A stretch of 64,000 bases of DNA from Squalus acanthias (Eukaryota), in contig CM059433.1 in assembly GCA_030390025.1 (NCBI GenBank), positions 26,228,001 through 26,292,000 of the forward strand, given 5' to 3'. Shown here piece after piece: positions 35,046 through 48,099 of this stretch. A program made the translations under genes and the position numbers. Below the pieces are notes generated by a model, which had not been told where the DNA came from, made no database searches, and was given only the letters and a program-made list of their open reading frames with translations. The first letter of the stretch is position 1. The number at the start of each line of letters is the position of its first letter.

Positions 35046-37136
35046 TGTGTAATTCTACGTATCTAACAGTTAACAGAAATAATTACGAGTCACCCTTGAG
35101 CATGCCCTTAGTGCCTGTCTTGTGTGCGTGTTTCCCTATCCTCGTGCTCTTACAAAGTGTTTCCCCAGTGGTTGCAGTTTGGGAGTTGGAAGGCTGCTGA
35201 GCTTCCATTGAGGACATTTCAGATGGCTGTGGTGGGCGACCTCGAGCAGCTTTGGGCCGAGAGGGCATGGCTGCAGACAGCAGCACCTCAGCATGGGCTG
35301 CAGCAGTCTGGGTATAAGGTGCCGGCCTCTCCAAGCTTTGCTCAGCAGGACGGAGATGTAGAACTTTCTGTTCAGCAATGAGAAGGAGAATACTGGAGTC
35401 GCCGGAACAAATGTTTGAGATGTTGGCAGTCCTGCCAGGCAATCAGTCCACTATGGCAGGGAGGATGGAGGAGTCCACTTCTATCATATGTGCAGTGATG
35501 TCGCAGGAGTTCTCAACTCTGCAATCTACCATACAGCTTGGACCTCCATGGACACTCCAGCCGGGCACTCACAAGAGGAGTCATTGTTACCAGCCGTTGT
35601 AACGTTCCTACAGGCTCATACGGCTGCAATGCAAACTCTAGGCTCCAACGTCTGTTCCACCTTAGACAAGTTGGTGGGCAGAGTAGATGGGGGCTTCCAA
35701 GGTATCAGTCACCTCCTCCAGTCAGCTCTCCCGCAGATCTGTAGGACTGATATGCCGCTGCCCCGGGGAGGGAGGTTGGCGGAACGGGCGAAGTACATGT
35801 AGACCTCTCTCAGGACGTCTGCCCATCTCATCTATTCCCTCAACCAATACCTGACATGGCGTCTGAACTCCAGCTGGCCCAGACTGCCGCTGCAGAAGTC
35901 CAGGAGGAGCAGCCAGTAGCAGGGCTCCCACGGGCTCCAGCACCCAGAGTGCGTCGGCTGCGAGCATTTCAGGAGACCGAGGAAAATACACAACAGCCTG
36001 CCACCATCTCTGCTCAAGCCAGTGTGGTAGCAGCTCTTGAAAGTGGTAGAATTAGGAAGCGAATGGCTAACTAGATCACTAAGGGTTAACACTTGGGTGT
36101 TTCACGAATTGACTTGTGATGATTTGAATGGTGGAGCTCATTAAAACCTTTGTCACTTCTATCATTTTCGTCAGCCCCATGATTTAAAGGCAACTTCTGT
36201 GTCTGGTTTTTCTGGTACTGGTGTGGAAGTCGGAGCAATGGTTTTACGGTGACAAGCTGGAGGATGTCAAAGCAATGGAGTGAAGGTTGCAGGACTGTTA
36301 TGCAAGGGGATCTGGTCACGTAAGAGGGGTAGAAGTGATAGATGTTTAAGTGAAGTGCCGAGCTATGAGACCATCCCTTCCATCTCGGGCCACAAGCTGA
36401 TCTGCACACTGTGCGTCATGTCCTCCATCTGCCTCCTCACCATCCTCTTCCTCATCAGATGAAGAGTCCTACATGCCTTCTTCCTCCTGCACCTCCAGTC
36501 CTCGCTGCTGAGCGATGTAATGCAGGATGTAGCATGCCACTATTATTCTGGAGACTCTGGCTGGTGAGTATTGCAGGGAGCCTCCAGACCTGTCAAGGCA
36601 CCTGAACCTCAACTTGAGCATCCCAATGGCCTGTTCTATGATACACCTTGTGATGTGGCTGCTGTTGTACCTGTTCTGCTGTGGAGTAGTGGGGTTCCTG
36701 ATATGTGCCCTGTGGCAGTCTGGAAGAATCCAGAGGCGTAAAGGCTGAAGGCAGTGATCACTTTCACTGCCATTGGCATTGCATGGTCGCCAGGTCCAGC
36801 AGGCATGAAAGTCTTTTTCAAGGAGGCTGCAGAGGTCTGTGACCACCTACTTTGACAATCGGAGCCTCCTGAGGCACTGCTCCTCGGACAGGTCAAGGAG
36901 CTGAGCCTCTGTCTGTACACCCTGTGAGGTGGGTAAGGCCTTCTGCGAGCCTGTCCCCTCTGTTGCTGCCTTCTCTGCTTCCCATCTGCAGCTCCTTCTT
37001 CAGCACGCCCTTGCTGCTGGTGCTCCTCATCTTCCTCCTCTTCTTCACTCCAACAGAGTGAAGCTCGAGCAGCACCCATAATCAAATTCTCATTTATTTC
37101 AACAAACAGTATCAAAATCACAACCCAAATCAAACA

Positions 37137-39822
37137 ACAAGAACTTCTATTTATATAGAGCCTTTAACATAATAAAACATGCCAAGGCGCTTCACAGGAG
37201 CATTATCAAACAAAATTTGACACCGAGCCACATAAGGAGATATTAGGGCAGATGAGAGGTAGGTTTTAAGGAACGGCTTAAAGGAGGACAGAGAGGTAGA
37301 GAGGCGGAGAGGTTTAGGGAGGGAATTCCAGAGCTTAGAGCCTTGGCAGCTGAAGGCACGGCCGCCAATGGTGGAGCAATTAAAATCAGGAATGCTCAGG
37401 AGGCCAGAATTGGAGGAGCGCAGATATCTCAGAGGGTTGTAGGGCTGGGGGAGGTTACAGAGATAGGGAGGGGTGAGGTCATGGAGGGATTTGAAAACAA
37501 GGATGAGAATTTAAAATCGTGGCATTGCTTAACCGGAAGCCAATATAGGTCAGCAAGCACAGGGGTAATGGGTGTACGGGACTTGGTGCGAGCTAGGACA
37601 CGGGCAGCAGAGTTTTGGAGTCTGGAAGTAACAAAGGCATGGATAAGGGTTTAAGCAGGAGATAAGCTGAGGCAGGGTGGAGTCGGGCGATGTTAGGGAG
37701 GTGTAATTAGGCGGTCTTAGTGTTGCTGCAGATATGTGGTTGGAAGCTCATCTCGGGGTCAAGGTTGTGAACAGTCTGGTTCAGCCTCAGACAGATGCTA
37801 GGGAGAGGGATGGAGACAGTGGTGAGGGAATGGAGTTTGTGGTGGGGACCGAAGACATTGGGCTGGATTTTGAATGACCCATGGAGTCGGGTTTGGAGGC
37901 GTGCGGGGGGTTAAATTTGTGGGGTCGGGGTTTCCGACCCCATCCCCCATCCCGACTCCATCTCGCCTCCACGCAATTTTGACAAAATCAGTCGCGGGGT
38001 TCCCAACTCCGTCCCGCCTTCAAGAGGCGGGAGAGGCCATTAAAGCCCTTAACAAGCTCTAAATTGGCTCTGTAATGTCATTTTGAAACGCTGTAGCTAG
38101 TTTAACCCTCTTCTGACGTGAAGCACGCCTGGTGTGAAACACTCCAGTGAAACCTGGCGGGAGCACAAGTGGATAGCTGACTATCGGCTGCAGGTCCGCT
38201 ATTACAACGGAGATGTGGTGAAGGTAGTCGTAGTATTAGGTCTGAACGTCGCCTCTGATGCTGCTGCATTGAATGTCTTCAGAGACTGCCTGGGAGGACT
38301 TGCTAGGCAAAAAAATTCTCTCTCTCTCTCTCTCTCTCTCTCCCTCCAACACCACCACCCGCATTTTTGCATCCAGGTCCACTCACATCAAAAGCCAGGC
38401 AGGTCCTCTGTCACCAACAGTCTCTGAGAGTAGGCAGTCAGTAATGATGACATCATCAGAGGCGCCTTTCAGACTGAAAACACTAATTAGTTCATGGGTT
38501 CCCACATGCTCCAACTCAATTGCCCAATTAAGTGAAAATTGCATCAGGCATCCACATTAATCTGGAGTCGGGGGGAAAACACGAAATGCGGATTACACGA
38601 CCCCAACCCGACCCCAAGACAAAATCCAGCCCAATGGCTTTGCTCTTCCTAATATTTAGTTGGAGGAAATTTCTGCTCATCCAGTACTGAATGTCAGACA
38701 AGCAGTCAGAGAATTTAAAGACAGTGGAGGGGTCGAGAGAGGTGGTGGCGAGGTAGAGCTGGGTGTCATCAGCGTACATGTGGAAACTGACACTGTGTTT
38801 TTGGATGATGTCACTGAGGGGCAGCATATAGATGATAAATAGGAGGGGGCTAAGGATAGATCCTTGGGGGACTCCAGTGGTAACGGTACAGGAGCGGGAT
38901 GAGAAGGCATTGCAAGTGATTCTCTGGCTACAACTGGGCAGATAAGAATGGAACCAGGCAAGTGCAGTCCCACCCAGCTGGACAATGGTGGAGAGGCGTT
39001 GGAGGAGGATGGAGTGCTCAACCATGTCAAAGGCTGCAGACAGGTCGAGAAGGACAAGGAGGGATAGTTTACCTTTGTCACAGTCACATAGGATATCATT
39101 TGTGACTATGACAAGAGGTGTTTCGGTACTGTGGCAGGGGAAGAAACCTGATTGGAGGGATTCAAACATGGAGTTCCGGGAAAGATGGACATGGATTTAG
39201 GAGGTGACAGCACGTTCCAGGACTTTGGAGAGGAAAGGGAGATTTGGAGATGGGGTGGCAGTTTGCAAGGGCGGAGGGATCAAGGGTTGTTTTTTTGAGG
39301 AGAGGGAAGATGACGACAGATTTGAGGGAGAGGGACACAGTACCTGAGGAGAGAGAACCGTTATCCATGTCAGCTATCATGGGAGCCAGGAAGGGAAGTT
39401 GGGTGGTCAGCAGTTTAGTGGGAATAGGGCCGAGGGAGCAGGAGGTGGGTCTCATGGACAAGGTGAGCTTGGAGAGGTCATGAGGAGAGATAGGAGAGAA
39501 ACTGGAGAAAGATGTGAGTTCAGGGCTAGGGCAGGGGGGAACCTTAGAGGAAGTTTGGCCCGGTGGGCTAGGGGAAGGAAGGGAAGTGGCAGAGGCAGCT
39601 GAACGGATGGTCTCAATCTTAGTGACAAAGAAGTCCATGAGCTCCTCGCACATGTTGGAGATGAGGGTAGAGTAGACTTGGGAGAGGGGTTTAAGAAGAT
39701 GGTTTGCAGTAGAGAAAAGAAGCCAGGGGTTTATCCTTGCATTCCAGGTGATCCTGGAATAGTGAGCAGTTTTGGCAGACAAGAGCAGGACCCGGTAGTG
39801 CTTTATGTGGTCCAGCCAGATC
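37137..39822 (-). mobile_element. L2 LINE, 5'-truncated, RT pseudogene
   Basis: QSGF..HSTET.L...LVLLDLSAAFDMV...GVPQGSILSPLLF..YM...YADDTQLY, with an L2 3' tail. Confidence 0.9.
37860..38632. mobile_element. Harbinger-type MITE inserted in L2; TSD ATT/AAT
   Basis: TIRs GGGCTGGATTTTG / CAAAATCCAGCCC. The L2 sequence resumes on both sides. Confidence 0.85.
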
Positions 39823-41558
39823 AGATCACAGAATCACAGCCCACAATGAACTGAAAGAGCACCTGTGAGTGCAGCAGCTTTATTCAGATCGGCTCTCCTT
39901 TAGTTTCAGCACACTGATCATGTAGCACCCAATCCCACCAGCATTCCACTGCCCATCTTGCCGACCTGTGTGAACCCCGTGCTGCACTCGCTAAAATCAC
40001 ATCGAGGTCATAATTGCATCACAGGACCCTGATTTATATATATTCAGGAGCCTCCCACCGCTCTACAACGGGAGACTCCTCGACCCCAATACTCGCTGCT
40101 GTTAATATAGAGATGGCCAGGAACATAGCAGGTAGTGGGCGGGATCGCTATTTCCGGAATTTTAACCCTTCGACCAACCCTTTCCTGCTTGGTCGGGCGG
40201 GGGGGTGGGGGGCGGGGTTTAAATCAAGGCCATTGTTTCCGCAGATTAGTTTTGAATTTACCCCCATTCAAGCGAAATGCGTCCCCTCGTTCTACTGTCC
40301 TGAGAACAGCTACAAAAAAGATTCTCTATAAACGTCAAGTGACAATTTAAAAACATATATAATTACACTGAACCACAGAGCACTTCTTGTGGATATTACT
40401 CTTTGAAGTAAGTAGATATAACATACCATAACATATAGACTGTGTTGAGGATATCTCTTGCATCTTAACTTCTTGCTTGGCACACATTAAAGGGAAACAT
40501 GCACATTTTCTTACCCGCAACTTTAATCGCACAATATGTTAATTGCCCACATATGAAGCAAATAAGTCAGCAGAGGGATTCAAACATTTTTGAGAGGAGA
40601 ACAGAGTAGGAATGAGCTCAAGGAATCCTGAAGCAGAATACCACAACAAACATTGTAACACGGGCCTCACAGCTACTGGACACTTTGGAGGAGGAGAGGC
40701 AGGAGTGAAAGGCCCAGGAGATTTGAGGGGATAAGAGATGAAACAGTTGTTCTCACTCCTACCCAATGCAGCATGGAAATGTCAGCTACTTGTGCCTAAC
40801 AGAGGCACAGTATGTACAGAGGCTACATCACAACCATGGATCATCACCAGTCGCTGCAATCAGTCCCGAAGCAAAGAAGCAATATCCAGATGGCACTGTC
40901 ATTGGAACTAAATGCCACCACCACCTAAACCTCTGCAACGCTGTGTGCATTCAGCCCCCAGAAGATAGACATCACGAAAGTCAAACAGTATGCAAAGCAC
41001 CACTGAATCAAGCAAGAAGTTTGTTTGAACATGCATCACCAAACATTAAAGTGAACAGCAGCAAGGTCAATTAGGGAAGCACATTCCATTTTTGAGTTGT
41101 TTGACATTCTCCAAGTGCAAGCTCTCCTGATTGCGCAGATATGACCAGTCTTGCACCTGTAGATGATGCGCAGCTTTTTATTAACAGAAAAGGTTGTGTG
41201 ACCGCCATCAGGATGTAATGCATGTGACTCTGTTCTCTGGGGAATAGTCACAGTGCACGCACACTCATGGAATCAAAAATTCTCCCCCTGCTCCTGCTGG
41301 GACAGTTGTTGGCCACTGCTTCTTCACCCGCCTCATGCTACTGACAGTGGGAGAGGCGGGGCCCGGGTTCCTGGAGGATTTCCTTCCCATCCACCCCATT
41401 TAGCGCTGCTTCCCAGGGCCGCAATGAAGAAGATGTTGGTAGGCCCTGGGAAATGGCAATAACAGCCGTGCGGTCTCGCCTTGTGTGGGCCTCCTCTTCC
41501 TCCAGTCTGTCTCCAACATTTACCTGCTGAAGGCCCTGGTCTCGGCCAAGGCCATACT

Positions 41559-41958
41559 GTCAGCTGTGGCTCAGTTGGTAGGACACTTGCTTCTGAGTCA
41601 GAAGGTTGTGGGTTCAAGTCCCACTCCAGGGACTTGAGCACATAAAGCTAGGCTGACACTCCAGTGCAGTGCTGAGGGAGTGCTGTACTGTCGGAGGAGC
41701 CGTCGTTCGGATGAGATGTTAAACCGAGGCCCCGTCTGCTCTCTCAGGTGGACGTAAAAGATCCCATGGCATATTTCGAAGAAGAGTGGGGGAGTTATCC
41801 CCGGTGTCCTTACCAATATTTGTCCCTCAATCCACGTAACAAAAACAGATTATCTGATCATTATCACATTGCTGTTTGTGGGAGCTTGCTGAGCGCAAAT
41901 TGGCTGCCGCGTGTCTGGTGGTCATGAAAGGCGCGATATAGATGCAAGTCTTTCTTTC
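41559..41958 (+). mobile_element. Deu-domain tRNA-derived SINE (SacSINE1-like)
   Basis: A box TGGCTCAGTTGG, B box GGTTCAAGTCC, central ctgtcggagg..gccgtc.ttcggatgag.tgttaaaccgaggccccgtctgc domain, and an L2-like tail. Confidence 0.8.
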
Positions 41959-42209
41959 TGTCCCTTTAAGGTACCTCACTTACACTTCTGGTGCTGCAAC
42001 GGCATCCCCCATTGTAGCACCGTCAACATTCCCCTGGCAGGCAGCAGGAATCCCACAGCAGCTTGCTTTGCATATGGAATGAACCCTAACTCAGGGAAAT
42101 GGACCGGAATTCCAGCCTAAGAGGATAACCCTGCTCTGCTGCCTGTGTGGATTTAAAAAAAAACTTATCTTCAAAGACTAGCAGAAATCAAAGGAAGTTG
42201 TCAACACCA

Positions 42210-43492
42210 AGGCATGGGTTAATCAAGGAGAGCCAGCATGGATTTGCTAAAGGCAAATCGTATCTGACTAACTTGATTGAATTCTGTGATGAGGTAACAG
42301 AGAAGGTTGATCAAGGTAGTGCAGTAGATGTTGTATATATGGATTTTCGGAAGGCATTCGACAAAGTGCCACACAGGAGGCTTATTAAGAAGATGGAAAC
42401 CCATGAATGAAGGGGAAAGTGGTGGTATGGATACGGAATTGGCTCAGTGACAGGAAGCAAAGTGTGGTGGTTGTAGTGGATGTTTTTCAGACTGGGAGGT
42501 GGTTTATAGTGGTGTTCCCCAAGGGTCAGTTTTGGGTCCATTACTCTTTTCAATTTTTATAAACGACCTAGACTCGGGTGTAGGGAGCAGCATTATAAAG
42601 TTTGCAGCAGATACAAAACTTGGCAACTTAGTAGTGATGAGGCTAGTTGTAGACTTCAGGATGACATAGACAGGATGGTGAAATGGGCAGAATCATGGCA
42701 GATGGAGTTTAATGAAGAGCAGTGTGAAGTGATGCACTTTGGGAGGACTAATATGGAAAGACAGTATACTATAAATGGCACGATTTTGAAAAGTATAGAT
42801 GAGCAGAGAGACCTTGGTGTCCATATACACAAATCCTTAAAGGTGGCAGGGCAAGTTGATAAGATGGTTAAAAAAATCATACAGGTTACTTAAATAGAGG
42901 GATAGAATATAAAAGCAAAGAGATCATGGTGGAACTTTATAAATCACTGGTTAGGCCTCAGCTGGAGTATTGTGGACAATTCTGGGCACCACACTTCGGG
43001 AAGATGAAAAGGCCTTAGAAAGGGTGCAGAGGAGGTTTACCAGGATGTTATCAGAGATAGGGGAACTTCAGTTATGAGGAGAGGTTGGAAAAGTTAGGAC
43101 TGTTCTCCTTGAAACAGAGAAGGTTAAGAGGTGACCTAATAGAGGTTTACAAGACGATGAGAGGTTTTGATAGAATAGAGAAAAACTATTCACTCTGGAG
43201 AGTGGGTCAATAACCAGAGGTCATAGATTTAAAATCATTGGCAAAAGATCGAGACAGGAGAAGAAGAGAAATTTTTTCACTCAGAGAGTTGTCGGGGTCT
43301 GGAACGCTCGACCTGAAAAGGTGGTGGAAGCTGATTCCATAAATAATTTTAAAAGGGAGTTGGATAGGTACTGGAGGATGAGGATCTTACAGGGTTATGG
43401 ACAAAATGCGGGGGGGTGTAGGACAGGCACGATGGGCCGAATGAAGCCGAATGGCCTCCCTCTGTGCTGTAGGTCTCTATGATTCTATGATG
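42210..43492 (+). mobile_element. 5'-truncated CR1 LINE
   Basis: SQHGFAKGKSYLTNLIEF...VDVVYMDFRKAFDKVPH, WAESWQMEFN; tail ctctatgattctatga. Confidence 0.9.
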
Positions 43493-43584
43493 TCTCCTAA
43501 ATGGGCCACTATAACTCTTTAAAACAACAGTCCATCCTGCATTTAAAACATCCATTGGCTGGCATTGGATTGACAACTCAATGT

Positions 43585-43758
43585 GGGGGTGAAATTGTTC
43601 TTGGGGGGTTGCACCGAACGGGTGATAGTGAATCGGTAGCCGCTTTACACCCTGCCCAACTTTGACTTCAATGGAAAAGAAAATCAGGATGGGATGTAAA
43701 TCAAGCTATCGATTCGCTGTCGCCTGTTTTGTGCTAATGCTCAAGACCAATTTCACCC
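43585..43758. mobile_element. Fold-back Harbinger-type MITE (about 170 bp)
   Basis: TIRs GGGTGAAATTG.TCTTG / CAAGACCAATTTCACCC with imperfect complementarity extending inward. Confidence 0.65.
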
Positions 43759-43819
43759 ATCTCATGCCTGGGTCCTATTCACGGAAAAGATGGCCACAGA
43801 ATCCTGAACTGTGGTAGGT

Positions 43820-44074
43820 GTAATGGACACTCATCCAGGAGAACTCCCCTGCTCTTCTTTGAATAGAGGCATGGGATTTTTTTATGTTCACTTGAAAGGG
43901 TAGACAGGATCTCAGTTAAATGTTTCATCTGAAAGATGGCAGCTCTGACAGTGCAGCACTTCCCCAATACATACTGAGTGTCAGCCTAGATTAAGTGTTC
44001 AAATCCCTGTGTGGGGCTTAAACCCACAACCTTCTGACTCAGAGGCAAGAGTGCAACCACTAAGCCAAGGCTGA
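43820..44074 (-). mobile_element. 5' half of Deu-domain SINE
   Basis: Reverse complement of 41559-41800. Confidence 0.65.
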
Positions 44075-44507
44075 AGAACTAAAAGGTGACCGACAAAAAT
44101 AAAGGGAAAGGAAACCTTAGATGCAGGTACAAATCTGCAGCTAAGTGAAATAGCACCAGGTGCCCACCATCCCCAAAGGCAACATTGCACCATGCCTGCA
44201 AGAAGGTGGAGCCATTTTCCAAACCACAGCTAACCATTACTGTCATTGGGAGTGCCAGCGCTGAGCTACATGGTAGCTGCAGATGTGAGTGCTATTCCAT
44301 TCCAATCCATGGCAGTCCGTAGCTCTGAGAACCTTTGGTTGCATGACAGTGGCCACCTGGTTGGTCGCAATATGAAATGCACAAACCAGCCTGCAATGTG
44401 CATTGAGCCAAGTACTTGTTCAACAGTTCACATTCATGAAAGATCTTTCTTTTCATCAATTGCCCCATGATATCAGGATTACAGTGCATCTCTGGAGAGT
44501 CCGTGTA

Positions 44508-44932
44508 CAGGAAACTTTCGTTTATCCGGCATCGACGGGACCGGCGTGGTGCCGGTTTATCGAAAGTACCGGATAACAGAGAGTTATATCTACCGAGGCT
44601 ATTTTTAACAAAGAGACTCCAAGCAGCACGGGAGAATCTACTCATGCTACTGCAATGTTTCGGACTTGCGACAGCGCCAGGAGGCCAAGTAGTGGTACTT
44701 TTGAAAAGTACCCCTACTGACTAAATCGGCGTTCGCGGACTCGGACTCGGACTCGGGATCGGCAACATTGCCGGTTATTTGAGAGGATTTTTCGGAGCAC
44801 TCTGCGTTTGCGGAGACTCGACTGCGACTCGGCAACATTGCCGGTTATTTGAGAGGAGTTTTCGGAGGATGATTTTTGCCGGTTAAGCGAGAATTCCGGA
44901 TATTTGAGTGCCGGATAAACGAAAGTTTCCTG
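44508..44932. mobile_element. Tc1/mariner (pogo/Tigger-type) MITE, 425 bp, TA TSD
   Basis: TA|CAGGAAACTTTCGTTTATCCGGCA ... TGCCGGATAAACGAAAGTTTCCTG|TA, perfect 24-bp TIRs. Confidence 0.9.
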
Positions 44933-47900
44933 TATGTGGTAAAATTTCACTAAACAGGCGCTGCAATTCATCAGTGTGATATATGACTCTCACTGTATTT
45001 CTCCTTCGAAATCACTGATTTCACTCTGGGTGCCTGTCTCTGAGCTAGTGTGTGCTACAAGTGCTGTGGATGAGGTGAGTGTTGCTGTTCCAGTGTTCAG
45101 TCCTTGTTCACCTTAGACTGAGGCCTTTCTTTGGAAAAAAAAAAGGCACAATGTGAAAATAAGGGCATTGGCAAGCATATTGCTATGCCAATAGTGTACG
45201 TCATTGGTACAGTGAGCGAGTGCTTTTCATAAAACAGGACCATGTTATCTCCACTAATGCCAGCATAATTCAGACCACGAACAGAAGCCCAGCCAGTAAC
45301 TTACATGTTGGTCTCCTCATAAGAGGTAAGGGGCTTCACTTGCCGTGTGCCACCTTTAGATCTCTGCCTGTGGTCACATTTTGTACAAAGGTTTCTTCTG
45401 CAAATGAAAGAACAGTAGAATTTGAATGAGAAGATATTTGCTGGGTAATAGTGATGCCAATTACTCGCTTTCTTACATACTCCTCCTGCATCAAGTAACT
45501 GGATAAATTTGCTGAAACAATACTCTTAAGTGAGCCTACTTGGATAAGCGAGGCTGACACCTGAAAACACCTGAATCATGACTCTTGGCATTGTAAGTAA
45601 TCGGTGGACATAGCCATGTTTAGGAATGTAAAGTCACTGGCACTTGTGTGTGTTACTTGCCTTGGCATTCTTCTTCAAATGGGAGGCTTTCTTGCACACA
45701 TCACAGCTTGTGCGGGATGGGGGGTGGGGGGGACAGTGGGGAGGGGGAGGGTACTAGGATATGTCCAGGAAACTACTTCCCACGTCTGTTGATACACTCT
45801 AGTTACTTGTGGGTGTCTTTCAGGCCCATAGAGGGCATTCTCACGCCATGCACAATAATTTACAGGGCGTCATTGTCCTGTTTTGCCTTGCTCCCTTCAT
45901 CTTTCCAGAAATTCACTCATGGGTATAGCTGGATTGATGCATATGTACCTCTGGAACTAGTTACCAGGTGATTTAGCTGCATTTTGGAACTGAGTATTGA
46001 CTATCCCCACACTTGCACAGTATCACTTATGCAACCTACTTTGTGAGAAGGGTGCAAAGTAAAGTCAGACACCACTACACATGTGCTAAAAACTAGCACA
46101 CACAGGAATTTGGTATAAATACATTAGCCAACATGCTAAAAATATTGCATGGAGGGATTTCAACCCTGTTGTGTTTACGTGCATGGACTATACACTTTCA
46201 GCAAGCATTGCTGGATGGAATCTTTGCCGACATTTCTTTTCCTAGTCCAAAGACACAGAGCCCCAACTGGAGCATCCTTACTTCTGCTCTTCCTGGCCCC
46301 CAAGATTGACGAATTCAAGACGTACCAGGGATTAAACCTGCGACTTTCCAGTTGCTCCAGTGACTCAGTGAATAAGTGCCCTGTGGTAATGAGCTATAGC
46401 GACCTGAAAAATCTCTGAACTGATGTCAGATCTGTGCTAAGTCAGTGAGGGCAGCAGTGGAGGCATTGTAATTTGGTTTCAATACTTCTGGGCTAGGAAG
46501 CAGGAAAATGCACTAGCTTTCCTACTCCTAAGTACATCTCTATATAGCCCTTAGTGTTTTCTTATCCATTTTAATAATGGTTTTTGAATTTTTTGCTACA
46601 CAGATAACAGTGATAATTACATACTCAACAGATTTACACCATTGTGGAATGAAGTAGGGATAATGCTGGTGATAGTAGTGATTAGGATTATTAGATACAC
46701 CTTGTGTGGGGTTATGTGTTGTTTTCAGTTCTATTATTGCAGTTTGATTGATGAAGTGCTGGAGTCCTAAAGTTTCCAATGGAGCAGAATCCCTACGCAA
46801 GTGCTGTGAGCGTTATTGATTATGTGGAACTCAAAAGCTTTTGTGCAACTTCCAGTTTCACATAACACCAGTCACCCTCAGGATGGGTTGCCTGAGATCG
46901 GGGCAGATGGAGACGGTTATATCATCACATCTATCAATACATTAAACAGTGAACCTTTTACATTCCCTTCTTTGGAATCACGCTAAAATCCTCTGTCATT
47001 TATACTATCTTACCACAAAAACTTATAATCTGCCTGGAGGTTTGGGCTGCTATTCAGTTCAACCAAAAGCTTTCAGTGCTCAGTTCTTTTTCTCATATCC
47101 TATTATCATGTGTTTCTGTTGTACAGGAATAATGAAAGGATCCTTTTCTGACAGTCTGGCACAGGCTCATCATATAGTTCAACAGCTTACAGATAGATAA
47201 AGCAGAAGCCCTTAAGGGTCTATTTTACCCTGAACTTGAATGCAGTGCGAATGACATAGAGCTGTCATGTTCACAGACACTGAATAGGTGAACCTTTGTC
47301 TAATTCTTTTACATCTGATGAATCCCCTGAAAAGCATTGTTTCACTCTTGGGGAAGGGAAGCTGTGAAAGAAACACAAAAGCCTCACAAATAAAATGGCA
47401 ATTTAAGCCACGAGTCCATTACAAGGCCTATTCTTTTTAAATGAAATCTAAGGCTTCCCGTACCCCTTTATTCTAGACTTTACAAATACACATTCATATG
47501 AGTTATTTGAATGGAACAAAAAACAGATCTCCCCTAAAAATAATAACCCTCTCCCTAATTTGCAACTAATAATGCTCCACTACAAAACATTTTATTTATA
47601 TATTAGGTCCTTAATAGTTTAAGAAGATTATTTTACCAAGTAAAGTATTTCAGAAATGCAATTATAATTACACCAGTTACAGTAAACATCATTTAAAATG
47701 TTATTTTTTATTCCCTAATATTTTTGCCATTTCGACACAAAAGCCTCTCACCATCTTGTTCATTCAGGAAAAAATTGAGATGCAAACTTCACTACAATCA
47801 GCATCAACGCCACTCTGATCAGCTAACAGGTATGCTTCTAATATAGCAAGCTCCCAGCTTTTCCCTCCCCTTCTTGCCATTACATGACTTGCAGTCTAGT

Positions 47901-48099
47901 TAATGCTGAAATTCCCTGCCATTTGTGGCAGCTAAGCCTGAGTTATGGGTAATATGGAAAGCCAACATGTGACTAACTATAGTATCAAAGTTTTAAATGT
48001 TCAAATCCCTGAACATTTCCCAGCCCACATCTCAGGAGTGCTGTAAAAGCTGAGATCTAATGAAGTCCTCACAACTCAAGCTACACCATTCTTCTCTAA

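Larger units (their letters stand above)
32390..35330. mobile_element. Decayed Harbinger fragment (transposase + 32390-33185; accessory C-terminus - 35083-35330) split by nested CR1 and Harbinger insertions
   Basis: NQKGFHSLNVQ, YPGSSHDS, LLGDKDY. Both parts are colinear with the related element at 50150-53367. Confidence 0.75.
35350..40231. mobile_element. Decayed Harbinger (accessory last exon + 35350-36074; internally deleted transposase - 36350-37079), interrupted by an L2 LINE
   Basis: RRRPYPPHRVYRQRLS..., LYASGFFQTATG joined directly to RNPTTPQQNRYN...IEQAIGMLKLRFRCLDRSGG (catalytic core deleted). Candidate terminus ...TTAAATCAAGGCC at 40231. Confidence 0.65.

Noticed and set aside
41559..41630. 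tRNA gene
   Set aside because: A and B boxes are present, but the sequence continues into a SINE body and tail found in several copies, and I see no convincing acceptor stem.
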